From Octopus sinensis (taxonomy: Eukaryota), in NCBI RefSeq assembly GCF_006345805.1, contig NC_042997.1, positions 4,898,001-4,962,000 on the forward strand: a stretch of 64,000 bases of DNA. The letters run 5' to 3'. This document shows, piece by piece, positions 22,085 through 34,837 of the stretch. Positions within the stretch are counted from its first letter, which is position 1. Each line of letters starts with the position of its first letter. The position numbers were made by a program, and so were the translations under genes. The notes below the pieces were generated by a model. It saw only the letters and a program-made list of their open reading frames with translations. It had not been told where the DNA came from and did not search any database.

Positions 22085-25030
22085 GTCAATCATCTGTCTC
22101 GCTTTATGACTACGAATATGATTCTTGAGTCCAGCCTTACTGTGGCAGGGTCTTGCACAGACACTGCATGTCAGCATCATAGGAAGATCCTTACGATCTG
22201 GAAGTGCAACAGCGATACCGTTCCTGGCATCCCTCCCTACTTTCTCATGCACAACGCGAGATTTCTCAAAAGTATCTGTCCCCACGTGCACAAACAACAC
22301 CACCTGCTACGGTCAATGGCTATGCCCTCCCATGGGTCAGCAGAGATGCAAGCATCTCTTAAGGAAGCCTTCAGCAAGTTCTTATACCTCTTTTTTGTGG
22401 AGGTCGTACTCCTTTAGCTAACTCCTGACCACTCCATCTGAGCCTTGGCTTTAAGGCAAGAGCTTCTATACTTTCACACGGAGAGCTTTCTGGTATTTCA
22501 AGATCACTGATGTGTTGCTCCCACTTAATCCCATAGATCTGTCTGAGACACATCTGATGGAAACTTTCCAGTTTTTTAAAGAGATATCGATACGTGACCC
22601 ACGTCTTGCAGGCATAAAGAAGAGAAGAGAGCTCACATGCCTTGTACACCTTTATCTTTGTCTCGCCGGCTCCAGAGGCGCCTTTCTAGCCTTCCGAAAT
22701 CATCACTTGCTTTCCTAATTCTGTATAGAATTCCATTATACAAATTGCTATATCTATTAACAGTGCTTCCCAGGTAGACAAACCGATCAACTACATGAAG
22801 TCGTTTATCATACACATAGATATTTGGTTCACTATACTGCTTACCAGGACAGGTTTGTACAAGGCAGCAGTTTTCTTGAGACTGACTGTCAATCCTAAGG
22901 CAGTGTAAGCATCAGAGAAAACATTCAAAATGTGTTGCATATGAATCTCTGCCAGCGTTACTAAATCACAATCATCTGCACACAAAAGTATCTTATGATA
23001 GAGGTAAATATATTTGTTTTGGCAGTAAAGCGCCTGATATTAAATATGCTGCCAGAGGTTCCATAATGGAAAGTAAACACTATATCTGCAGTTTCTGAAT
23101 GCAATACAGAAAACTATCGCATTTTGTATTGAAAGAGGCTCCGACATTTTCCTTCTAAAATTAACTCTACCCTTCATCTTCTTCATGAAAAGACCTAACC
23201 AAAGCAAGGAACTTTTCAGGACACCCAAGTTTCTGGAGAACTTTCCACAGTGCATTTCTATTAACGGTATGAAAGGGTTTTGTCAGATCGATAGAAACCT
23301 GATTTTAATCTAAATCCTGTTCCACACACTTCACCTGAAGCTGTTTAGCTGAAAAGATCACATCAACAGTGCCGCGTCCTACACGAAAGCCAGATTGACT
23401 TTCTGGAAGAACACAATCTGGAACGTGTTTCAGCAGACGATCCAGAAGTACCTTGCATAAAAACTTTCCTATGACAGAAAGCAAGGATATTCCTTCATAG
23501 TTAACACAATCATTCCTGTTGCTCTTTCCAATACAGTATCTTTCCAGTCCTCGTGTACATGTTCAATAGCCCATATCCTACCAAACAAAGAGTGAAGTTG
23601 CAGCAGATGTCTCTCACCACAATGCTGAAACAAGTTCGCATGTATGCCATCCATACACGGTAACCTGATGTTATTCATCCTTGAGACAGGCACTGAAACT
23701 TCTTCCAGCTTTGGTGGTTCTGCGAGAGCCGCCTTCACAGGTAATCCAAGGATAGGATTAAGAACCTCCTCACTAACTACAGACTGCTGATTCAAATGTT
23801 CATCAAAATGTTCTCACCATCTTCGCAGAATTCCTTTGAATCACGAATAAGTTCTTTACTATCCCTGCTTCTAAGTGGTGTCATCAGAGAAGTAGTCGGT
23901 CCATAAACTTCTCGCAAGAGACCACACAACAGCTTTGTGTTATTGGAATCCGACGCCACCTGTATCCCATCAGACTTCTTACTCCACTACGTATCCCTCA
24001 CCTCAGAGAGTCTGTGCCTCACACATGATTTTACATCCTTGAGTTCCCTATGCAACACTTCTCTCTCCTGTGGCTTCGCTGACTATTAGTGTGAAAAAGT
24101 ACATCTTTTATCAGCCAATAAATCGTCAATATGTTCATCAGTTTCTTTAAACCAATCTTGGTGCTTTCTTTGTATCAATCTCAGAACTTCCTTGCCTATA
24201 TCAGAAACTGACCATTTTAAGGATCGGCCAATCATCCCCAAAGTCTGTAACATGCATTTCCTCTCGTAAATTTATCTTCACACAATTACACCTCAGACGA
24301 TAGACATTCAGTAATTTAGGCAGGGTAATCCTTGCAGCCCGGATTTTACGTTTTGTGACTAATTTCAATTTTGCACGTACTAGGCGTTGGCCAGTCCAAC
24401 ACACGCACCCTGACAAGGATGCAATCCAGAATATGACAATCATTAGATGCAGGGTGCATCCATGTGGTCTGAAACTTAATCTTTTGTCGAAACATGGTAT
24501 TGGTAACACACAGACGCAGCTCCTCACACATCTGCAGCAGAGGTATGCCATTACTATTACACTTTCTCACCGCATGCTTTGCAATTACAGTCCATGTGTT
24601 AAAATCCCTACCCACTCTAGCATTAAAGTTACCCAGTACGATGACTTTGTCTGCCCGAGTGATGTGTCTTATTATGCCCTTCAAAGCATGGTAGAAAAAA
24701 ACTTTTTCGTCATCAGTGTAGCACATAGTTAGAACATACAAACTAACCAAGGTCACATAATTTCCTTTTACTAAAGGACTTCTCATAGACATAAGACGCT
24801 CGTTAATCCCGACTGGGAATTTTTCCAATTTGTCTACAAGAGCAGTCTTAACAGCAAATGCTTAACGCAGCCTTTCCTCTAAACTTTTCATTCCTCTCTT
24901 TCCAAAAGAATGTATATTTTCCACAAGATTCTGTAAGTTGTCCATCTCCGGCTAATCTCGTCTCAGATAAAGCAACGATGTCAAGATCATAGTGTCGAAG
25001 CTCCTTCGCAACAAGCGCAGTACTTCGTCC
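22085..25030 (-). mobile_element. RTE-BovB-like LINE, near full-length ORF relic (APE + RT + C2H2-like tail)
   Basis: N-terminal STALVAKELRHYDLDIVALSETR, APE VIVLGNFNARVG and TTWMHP, RT (M)CADDCDLV, C-terminal CSVCARPCHSKAGLKNHIRSH. Confidence 0.92.
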
Positions 25031-25031
25031 T

Positions 25032-25245
25032 CATACATACATACATACATCATACATACATACATACATACATACATACATACATACATACATAATAATA
25101 CATACATACATAATACATACATACATAATACATAATACATACATGCACACATACATACATACACACATACATACATACATACATACATACATACATACAT
25201 ACATACATACATACATACATACATACATACATACATACATACATG
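25032..25245. repeat. (TACA)n microsatellite
   Basis: Visible array at the 5' truncation of the RTE element. Confidence 0.95.
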
Positions 25246-25499
25246 CATATATACAATTCCTTCTCCGCAGTCATTTTTTCTAGGGCCATTGCAAATCAAA
25301 TGACATATTGGCTTATGAGGAGACAGGGGAAACGAAAGGATTGCTGGGATACATCGAAGAAATTTTGATTAAAAAATACTGTAATACTTGAATATAAAAT
25401 AAACGCCCCACTGCCTTGTGAAAGATGGTTTGATTATAGAATTTCATTGCACTCTATTCCCCACTGATGGACTCACATTGACCTGCACAAAAATTCTTA

Positions 25500-26005
25500 C
25501 ACACAAAACAGAGTAGAAACATCGTCTCTCAGTATTTCAACGGGGATATTCCAAAGCGATATTATTTCTGTAATTTGGACATTTTATCCATTATAATTCA
25601 TGCTGCAAAAATCAAAGAGTTGCGTACCAAAACCCTAATTACTTTGGGGAAAACCTCAAGATTTATGTTTAAAATGTTAGCTATACCAAAAAGATTTAAT
25701 AACCTTTTCAGCCAACGTAGAAATGGAATTTAGCAAAAAAATTCACATTTGATTGTGGCACATGAAGAATCGAACCCCTAGGGCACAAAATCTGAGCAAC
25801 AATGGTCTCATTATATCACCTGGCCAACACAAAGAATATTAGAAGTAGCAATGAATTGACGAAAATATATCATACGAAGATATTGTGACCCAATATGTGC
25901 AGGATAGTGTTAGAAATATATGTCAATCGGAACTTGCCACTTACAACAAAATAATATTTCACAATGCTTTGGCAGTACCAGTGCTCATTCCAGCATTTAG
26001 GTTTA
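25500..26005 (+). mobile_element. Old R4/Dong-type RT fragment
   Basis: QRGIFQSDIIS (GIFQGD motif), ENLKIY (DDLKIY) and NKIIFHNALAVPVL. Confidence 0.6.
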
Positions 26006-26020
26006 AAATGTTAACAATTT

Positions 26021-26430
26021 ATAGGAGTTGATGTGTGATAAGTAACTTGCTTACCAACCACATGGTTCCGGGTTCAGCCCCACTGTGTGGCACCTTCGGG
26101 AAGTGTATTCTACTATAGCCACGGGCTGACCAAAGCCTTCTGAGTTGATGTTTTAGACGGAAACTGAAAAAATCCCGTCGTATATATACATATATATGTA
26201 TGTATGTGTGTGAGTGTTTGTGTGCCTTTGTGTGCCTTTGACCCCCGCCAACATCGCTTGACAACCGACATTGTTGTATTTACGTCCCCGTACCTTAGCG
26301 GTTCGGCATAATATATTGATAGAATAAGTACTAGGCTTCTAAAGAATAAGACCTGGAGTCGATTTGCTCGTCTAATGGTGGTTCTCCAGGATGACGGCAA
26401 GCCAACGACTGAAACAAGTTAAAGAATATA
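26021..26430 (+). mobile_element. tRNA-derived SINE, family 1
   Basis: GGAGTTG...GTTCCGGGTTCAGCCCC head and same body and tail as 8272-8695. Confidence 0.88.
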
Positions 26431-26435
26431 GAGTA

Positions 26436-28216
26436 ACTAGCATTATGACCCGTCGTTGCCGAGTCATAGTGCTAGTGCATGTATATATGTGCATATATAT
26501 ATGTATACATACTACATGTACATCTATATATATACATATTACATGTACATCTATATATATACATATTACATGTACATCTATATATATACATATTATATGT
26601 ACATCTATATATATACATCTACACATAAAATACAAGATACAAGGTGATATCTTGATATCGCTAGTGATAACAATATTCAAAATATATAACCGACTGGAAT
26701 TGTAGGCCCGTCTCCTGCAATTTCGATTAATTGTATCTTATCCTTCCTCTTGTATAGCAGTATGGCTACAATCCAGCCTACCACTACTTCTGGAGGGACA
26801 TTTTAAATTTTTATCCGGGACGTCCTACGTCCCAGATATAAAGGTAAAAATTAAATATTTCCACATTGCAAGGTTCGAGTCGAGTACTCCATTGCACGCT
26901 CCGTTGACTCGAACTTGCTTCTATTGTGGCGAATTTACCGCCTCTGGTTAGATAGCTTTCATATTCGCACCAAGACACTTTCGATGGTGCTTTGCTCCAG
27001 GTGTTCAATTTTTTTTTCTCTACATTGTATACCTTATAGGCAATAGTCTTTTTCTTTAAATTAATTTTTTATTTCGTTTGGTGGTGTTATCCTAGATTCA
27101 CCGTCTTTGTTGGTGATCAATCCGAAATAGGTTTGTATTTTTTCCATTTTAATGTTAATGAGTTCGCGCCCGCCGACGGCAGCAGCGAAATTCATTTTGG
27201 GACGTTTTTCTATCGAAGGCATTCTAACAAAAATACTTCCGTGTAAACGATGAAAATGATGTCAATTTCTCCAAACAATTCCAATTTTAAACAATAACCA
27301 AAGCTCCTTCTCCCAAAGGGGGAGGGTTACGGTTTACAATTATTTAACAAATGCAACACAACAACGTTTCCCTTACGAGGAACCAACAAACGTGATAACA
27401 ATAGTTAACAGTAATAATAATAACAACAAACCTTACGATGAATCAAAAAGCAGTACGCAGTTGAAGCTATAGTCCTTTATGTATAAGAAATAATCCAACA
27501 GCAGTACTCAATAGACATTACATACAGCCAAACTTCATATAGATACTTAATGCTAGCTAATTAGCAGATAAGCTAATGTAAAAGCCGTAGTAAAGGTATG
27601 TGCACACCTCCATCTGGAGTATTCCATTTCTGCACGCTAATTTTATTTTTAATTTATTCCCATTCATGTGAAACCACTTATTAAAGTTCAAGGCTTGATG
27701 CAATTTTATACCAATTACTATTTTTACTTTTGTTATGTTACGATTATATTATATTTTAGTTTGATTATAATTAGTACTTACTACATATAATTCAATTATT
27801 ATTATTATTTTTATTGTTAATGTGAAAGCATCTGACATAAAATGGAGAAATATTTTTGTTTCACTTTTAACACATAATACTGAAATAACGGAGAAGATAT
27901 GATATTACTATGGGCTCGCCCTTGGCAAGAAGTTATTTTTGCCCATGAAACTACATGGAGCCTAAGCAAGGCATGTGTAAAATTTGAATGAAATTGGCTG
28001 TGTAGTTCTCAAGATTTAGGGAATCTTAGTGGAGAAGATATGATATTACTGTGGTCTCGCCCTAGGCCAAAAGTTAATTTTTTGCTGATGACACTCCCCG
28101 GACCCTATTTAATGCATTTCTAAAATTTGAATGAAATTGGTTGTGTAGTTCTCAAGTTTTAGGGAAACACACAGACAGAAAGACACACACACATTCTCAG
28201 TTTTATATATATAGAT
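26436..28216 (+). mobile_element. Non-autonomous Helitron/Helentron-like element, copy 2
   Basis: ACTAGCATTATGACCCGTCGTTGCC start, TTCTCAGTTTTATATATATAGAT end. Has about four 27-bp tandem units near 26505-26610 and a duplicated subterminal block (about 27890-28020 / 28030-28160) absent from copy 1. Confidence 0.72.
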
Positions 28217-28519
28217 ACCAAAAGACAGCTAGAATTAATAACATTTTCAGGCAACAAAAGAACGAAATTTTGACAAACGAAAAGTCCACATTTCATTATT
28301 GAACAGTAAATATAAAACATCTTGGACTCCAAAATTGTGCATCAATGCTCTCAATATATCACCTGTCTAATACAAAGAAGGTTTGAAACTCTTGGGATAT
28401 CTGACTGGTCTCTTGAGGAAATTCACTTCATTTATGTTAAATCTTGAACGACACAGATCGCAAGTGGAAATAGAGATATCGACAGAATAGATGAGGTAGA
28501 GACTTGAGATGGGTGCATA

Positions 28520-28850
28520 CAGCCTACAAATGCCCTATAATCTCACTTAAACAACAATTGTAACACACAGTTCTAAATTTGTTTATAAATAAAGCCTTCA
28601 TTATTCCGATATTGACACTGTTCCGTTGGGTGATTCTGAGGGATACTTTAAATTTCTGGATTTGGTACTCCTTTATATGTTTCTTCATTGAAGTGTCCAA
28701 GTGCATATATTCATTTCTACGGTTACGCAAATTCTTGGTGGTGCTCCGTATGTAGAATGTCCCATATATGCATATGCTGCAAACTACTTCGTACACCACA
28801 TAGTCTTTCGGGTAGTCTTGATTTCGTTGATGGGGCAACTGGATAATATG
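28520..28850 (-). mobile_element. Penelope-like element GIY-YIG endonuclease relic
   Basis: KDYVVYEVVCSIC...FYIRSTTKNLRNRRNEY...VNIGIMKALFINK matches the VVY..C..C..YIG.T.R.L..R..EH / EAL.I pattern. Confidence 0.78.
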
Positions 28851-29339
28851 AACAACAAAATGTCGTCTGTTATTTCCCAGCAGAAATTTCCTCAGGGAGA
28901 CACCAGCGTGATAGAGAAACAAAGAGGAATGGCTAGGTTACTAGGGAAAGCAATAGTAGTTAATTCTAGGTTATTTTGTTGAGGAGGAAGTAGGAGAAGA
29001 TATGGGAAGAATTCAATGGATTGACTTAAAGGAGGTGCTGCGTAAATGCGATGTGCAAAATTAATGTTGAGAAGTGATAATTAGTAGAAAGGGTGGTATT
29101 AGGTGAAAGGATATGTTAGTATTGCGACCAAAGTGTAACTTGTGGTAAATCGTAAAAAGATTTATCGTAATTAGGGAATTATATAGATTTAATTAAATAT
29201 AGTTACACCTGAAAATCTAGTAAGTACTGAAGGGTATTTGTTACCAAGAATAGGGATCAATTCCCTTAAGCACGGCTTCAAACAAGACGAGATTTATGAC
29301 TGAAGACGCAGTCGAAAGATCCAGACACAAAGTATAACT

Positions 29340-30605
29340 ATTATTTCTGTACTAACCATGAAGGATTACATAGAAAAAATTAAATGAAAAAATAGGACGA
29401 TACAACGAGTTTTAAATCGTGTAAAAAAATGAATAACGGAAATATTTGAACAAGTAAAACTCCCCAAAAGAGGGGAGGCGCTTTAACGCTACTCGTGGAA
29501 AAACACACAAAAGCCACATCTAGTCTGACTAGCCGGAAAGGGCCATTTCCTTCTATTTTTACAGGTGCATGTTCACTGACCATTTTCTCAACTTTCACCT
29601 ACCTTTAACCAAACTTGCTAGGAGACAATACTACCCTCTCCATCCACACCTTCCTTCTCAAGTGAAACTGGAAAAAGTTTATTAGGGCTTGGCAAAGGAT
29701 AAAAGTGTCTGTCATTAGCCTTTTTCAAACCTGTCCACCACACTACCTCTCTTTCACTACTGCCATAAGACAAATAAAAGTTGCTTGTGCTCCGGCCAAA
29801 TGCGGGCAGCATCTATGGATCCAGCTGACAGCAGGATGCGTCCCAGACGCGACAGCAGCAGGTGTTCGACATAAGTCCACAGGTCAGCAATGCCCGGACA
29901 TTGGACTAGAGCGTACAGAACGGTTTCGTCCCCCTGTGTTAACCTTGGGCAGACTCGGCTGACGGCACTTCCGTGCCTTTAAAGTTTATCCCGAACAGAC
30001 AGCACACCTCAGTAACATTACCAGGCCAGGAATTTCTGAAAATATATAAACTCCGGATCGAATATTCTCCGGACCAGAACCTTAGGTTTATCCTCTTCGA
30101 CGCCCAGAGCTTACTCGAAAATGTCTTCGTCCACTAACCCTATATAGAATGCTACAGTGGAACTACCACCGACCGCATAAACCGACCCGCATAGGGCTAT
30201 GAGCAATTGTAAGGTTGGTGTTGTTGTTCGTGTTTGTGGTGGTAGTGGCAGTGTCAGTGTCTTTGTTTCCCTCCTCCTTCCTTTGTTCTTTTCTCTCTTC
30301 CTCCTTCTCCTGTGCAAGAACATTAGTAGCAGTGAAGGCAGGGAAGTCTTCATTGAACTGGCTGTTCAAAATCTCATCATCACTCCCTCGCTCAGTCGCT
30401 ATTGTTTTCTATTTGTGAATTTTACAAGAAATTCCTCGAAGTAAATGAGTGCTTTAACCCCAAAAAGTGTTTTTTCCAAACAAAAACTATCTCACTAAAA
30501 GGGCATCTACCTTCTAACAAAAAATTTTAAACAATAAACTCAAAAGTTTTATAGCTTGTGGCAACAAAAATTCAAACAATTTCTGGAGACCAAAACGTGT
30601 GACTA
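29340..30605 (-). mobile_element. L1/Tx1-clade LINE, internally deleted (5' UTR + ORF1 start fused to ORF2 C-terminus + 3' UTR)
   Basis: zf-RVT-like STVAFYIGLV...FQKFLAW*CY*GVLSVRDKL, knuckle VCPRLTQGDETVLYALVQCP, C-terminal ALINFFQFHLRRKVWMER. Upstream low-complexity NSQFNEDFPAFTATNVLAQEKEEE...TATTTT is read as the ORF1 start (less certain). Confidence 0.75.
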
Positions 30606-30609
30606 ACCG

Positions 30610-31140
30610 CGAACACAACAATAATAATAATTAATTATTTCATTGGTCACAAGATCTTACATGAAGTTAGATGAAGAGACAAAGAGAGAAATAAACCACT
30701 TAAAATCAGTGAGGCGCTTTAAAACTACTCGTCGAAAAAATCCATGAAATACATAGATGGTCTTACGAACCAGACAAGAGCCCTTTCGTTTTATTTTTAC
30801 AGGTGCATGCTCAAAACGCGTCCTTTCACACTGATCATTATTCCAACATTTAACCACCTTTCAACAAATTTGGTATAAGACAATACTTCACTGTCCACCA
30901 TCACGTCCCTTTTCAAGTGAAACTTGAAAAAGTTTATTAAGACTTGGCCATGGAGGAAAGTGTCTGTCTTCAGACCTTTTAAACGTGTTCACTACACTAC
31001 TTATTTCACTACAGCCAACAGACAAATAAAAAATAGCCTGACCCTCCCGGCCAAATGAGGGTGGCGGGGCAATCTTAACTATGGATTCAGCTGATACCCA
31101 GATCCTTCTCCCACGCGTGAGCTGGTGAACTTGATCATCA
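30610..31140 (-). mobile_element. L1/Tx1-clade LINE 3' fragment
   Basis: QLTRGRRIWVSAESIVKIAPPPSFGREGQAIF and TTCCA/TCAAGTTTCACTTGA AAAGG region paralogous to 29480-29830. Confidence 0.75.
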
Positions 31141-31844
31141 GCCACCCACACTAATTTTACATCGAAAAATGAATACTGGATGGCAATGACATTTAAAGGA
31201 TATATCATTAACATTTATTGTTTTGGGATAAAAGGAAGATATTATACAGAAGAATTGCAGTGCTTTTTTTTATAGTTACCAAACTATATCCAGACGCAAA
31301 ACACTTAGAAGCCAGATTCGAGAACTTAAAATAGTGAGTTACACATTTTATTTTCTTGCCAACAATTCTGTTACTCGATCGGGATATATTCATATAAAAT
31401 AATTTTCATATTCTCATAGTTATAATTTTTTTTTAGCTTATTTGAATGTTTATATGGAAAGTATTTCTGCATTCATCACAAAGGATATAAATTCTCTATC
31501 ATCTTGTCAAAGACTCTGCTACATGATCGAGATATATTCATGAAAACTACTCTTTTCTTCTTACCATTATAAAAAAAAGATTGCTACTTGATCTGAATGA
31601 TTTCGTGTAAACTATTTTTTCATTCCTCACGGAGGATACACAAAGTCTCGAATATTTTCTTATTGTCAAAGATTCTATCACTTGATTTGAATACATTTTT
31701 AAAAATTAATTTTTGACAGCACAGGGACAACGAAATATCAAGTTTTAATTTTAAAAATGCTTTTAATGAAACCGGTTAAGTTAATAAACACTTTAAAAGC
31801 ATCCTGCATTTTCAGGATCCTTTTAACATCGTTTAAATCGAGGT

Positions 31845-32251
31845 TCTGGGAGAAACGTTAGCACGCCGATCGAAATGCTAAGCGGTATTTCGTCTGCCGT
31901 TACGTTCTGAGTTCAAATTACGCTGAGGTCGACTTTGCCTTTCATCCTTTCGGAGTCGATTAAATAAGTACCAGTTACTCACTAGAGTCGATATAATAGA
32001 CTAAATTCATTTGACTGTCCTTGTTTGTCCTCTCTGTGTTTAACCCCCTGTGGGCAGTAAAGAAATATGTATTTCGTCTGCCGTTACGTTCTGAGTTCAA
32101 ATTCCGCTCGAGGTCGACTTTGCCTTTCAGCATTTTGGGGTCGATTAAATAAGTGCCAGTTACGCACTGGGGTCGATATAATCAACTTAATCCGTTTGTC
32201 TGTCCTTGTTTGTCCTCTCTGTGTTTAGCCCCTTGTGGGCAATAAAGAAAT
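31845..32251 (+). mobile_element. tRNA-derived SINE, family 2, head-to-tail dimer
   Basis: Unit GTATTTCGTCTGCCGTTACGTTCTGAGTTCAAATT...CTTGTGGGCAATAAAGAAAT occurs twice (to 32067, then 32068-32251). Confidence 0.85.
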
Positions 32252-32324
32252 TAGAATCCTGCCTTTTCAGATCCTTTTCCTTATATTTTTAGTCGTGCGG
32301 TAACACCCAACGTTACTTTATTAT

Positions 32325-32364
<40 letters not shown>

Positions 32365-32423
32365 ACACGCGCGCGCGCGCGCGCACACAAACACACACAC
32401 ACAGATATATATATATATATATA

Positions 32424-33480
32424 TATTGGGTTGGCAATTAAAAATTTTAAACGGTTTAATAAAAACTAACAACTAATTAATCAATAATGTATACATCCTT
32501 GATGTTTACATCTTCCCAACGTTCAAGAAGATTTTCAATACCTCGTTGGTAGAAATCATCCGATTTCGATTCGTAAAATTGATCCACCTAAGGTCTTAAT
32601 TATGCATCAGTATTGAGCGAAACTTCGTGCATAAAATTTGAAAGAGATCGAATGAGGTGGAAATCCGTTTGTGCTAAATTAGGAGAATACAGCGGATGTG
32701 GCAGCAGTTCTCATCCATGCGTTTGAATGGCTTCCTTGGTCATATTGGTGATATGATGGTAGGCATTGTCGTGCATCAGAAGGACTTCATGCTGCCGATT
32801 ATGTCTTTTCTCTTGAATAGCTGTGTTGAATCTTTCCATCTGTTGAACACCGAATTCCGCGTTGACCGTTTTGTCACGTTCAAGCAATTTGTAATGGATA
32901 CTCCCTTCCCAGTCCCACTATAAGCGCAATATCGTTTACGCGGCTGAACATCATCTTTCACGCGTGGTGTTGCTTGTTTACCGGGGCTAAGCCATTCTTT
33001 ACGCTGCTTCATATTGATGTACAGACACTATTTTTCGTCGCCAGTAACGATTCGTTAAAGAAAGTATTGTTTCTCTCCATGAGCTGAGCGGTGATGAGCA
33101 AGCAAAATAGAGATTATGGCTTGTTGATTTTAGTTGTTGTGACTTAAAGCATGCGGAACCCACGCTCCATACTTTTTAATCTTTCCCATCGGGTGAAGAT
33201 GCTTCGCTATAGCAGTGTGGGAGCATTCCAGTTTCTCTGCCAGTTCCCTTGTCGTTTGATAATAATTTTCGTGCAAAAGTTGGTTTAATCGGTCTTCATG
33301 GAACTGAACTGGACGGCCAGAATGAGGTATAAATTTAAGCTCAAATTTCCAATTTTGAACTTGGCCTGCACATCACGAGCGGTTCTTTCAACTATGGCAC
33401 TCGCTCCATACAATCCTAAAAAAAAAAATAGATTCCAAAATTTAAAAGCGCAATAAATTTTATAATTAAAATAAACGGCG
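32424..33480 (-). mobile_element. mariner (D,D34D) transposon relic, internally deleted
   Basis: End TATTGGGTTGGCAATTA. Minus strand has LLMHDNAYHH and LLPHPLYSPNLAQTDFHL. Second TIR not recognisable. Confidence 0.82.
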
Positions 33481-33486
33481 GGAAGT

Positions 33487-33521
<35 letters not shown>

Positions 33522-33534
33522 TATATATATATAG

Positions 33535-33843
33535 GGTAAAGGGTAAAGACCCCCTTCGGTCATGAGTGACCATGGGTTTGCACCTATAGAGTTACCCTCT
33601 GAGGCACAAGTCTGGTCAAGGTTGTTTTATGGAAGACCAGTAGTCGCCCATGCATACCGGCCTCCCCTCTCCACGTCACCGATGTTGTCCAAGGGAAAGG
33701 CAAAAGGGCCGATACAGCTTGGCACACGTGACGTCGCAACTCATTTCTACAGCTGAGTGAACTGGAGCAACGTGAAATAAAGTGTCTTGCTCAATAACAC
33801 AACACGCAGCCCGGTCCGGGATTCGAGCTCACAACCTCACGAT
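33535..33843 (-). mobile_element. tRNA-derived SINE, family 3 (CORE-like body)
   Basis: Reverse complement has B-box-like GCTCGAATCCCG and conserved TGAGCAAGACACTT core motif. Confidence 0.75.
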
Positions 33844-34252
33844 ATATGCCCTATATCAGCGGGTGATTTTGCGTCTGCGCAGAGATTTGAAAAGTTAAGA
33901 TCTGCAAGTTGTTGAGATCAACACATGGTCTAACGCGCTGCGCATCTCGATTTAACTTAGGTGTCTTGCTGATGAAACCAACCTTAGCATACATATTCTG
34001 TTTGTTTTGCTAGAAAGAGGTAGAAACTGATCAGTCCGAGATGTATCTTTAATGGTAAGTGTTTTGATTTTCACTCTCGATAAATCTATCCTTTTTTTGT
34101 GCCCCTAGCACTTGGCATCCTTATTTAGGAGCCCTTAATAATATTTCTATATGAATACTATTTTTCTGTATGAATAATATTTTATCTAATGACTAATTCG
34201 TCTTCTGTGCTGGGCCACTGGTAGTAATCCATATTATTACCCTTTGTTTATA

Positions 34253-34306
<54 letters not shown>

Positions 34307-34837
34307 ATATACGTATATCAGGTGAGCATGTGAACCACCAGCTTATCACGTTTTCACATTTGATTATACATCGCTTGTCATGGTGAGATTAATATCGGTT
34401 AAGGCTTTGAAGGACGCAACTCTGCTGGCTAGGCGATGAGGCCAAGATTCCCCCTCGCTTAAAGGATAGTCTATCGCAGGGTTACTGATTCAGAGCTGAA
34501 TAGACTGGAGTGTGAAATGTATTGCTTTTTCAAAGAACACACCGCACAGCATATCAGATAATCGGAACTTCATTTTCTACATCGTGATTCAATACCCGTA
34601 ACGGCTACACCAATGGCTTTCACACGTACACACACACACATACACACATATACTCATACATATACACACACACGCACGCACAAACAAATGCACAGACATA
34701 TGGGCACACGCATTCATAAACACTCGCATGCATATATATATATATGTATATATATATATCACGTCATTAATAATGACATGTCCGATTTTGAACTGAAAGT
34801 TTGTTTTACTTTATCTCAACAAAATGCAATGCAGTTA

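Noticed and set aside
33999-34052. + strand segment with good acceptor (TTTTGCTAG) and donor (ATG|GTAAGT)
   Set aside because: All three frames contain stops and there is no linked exon.
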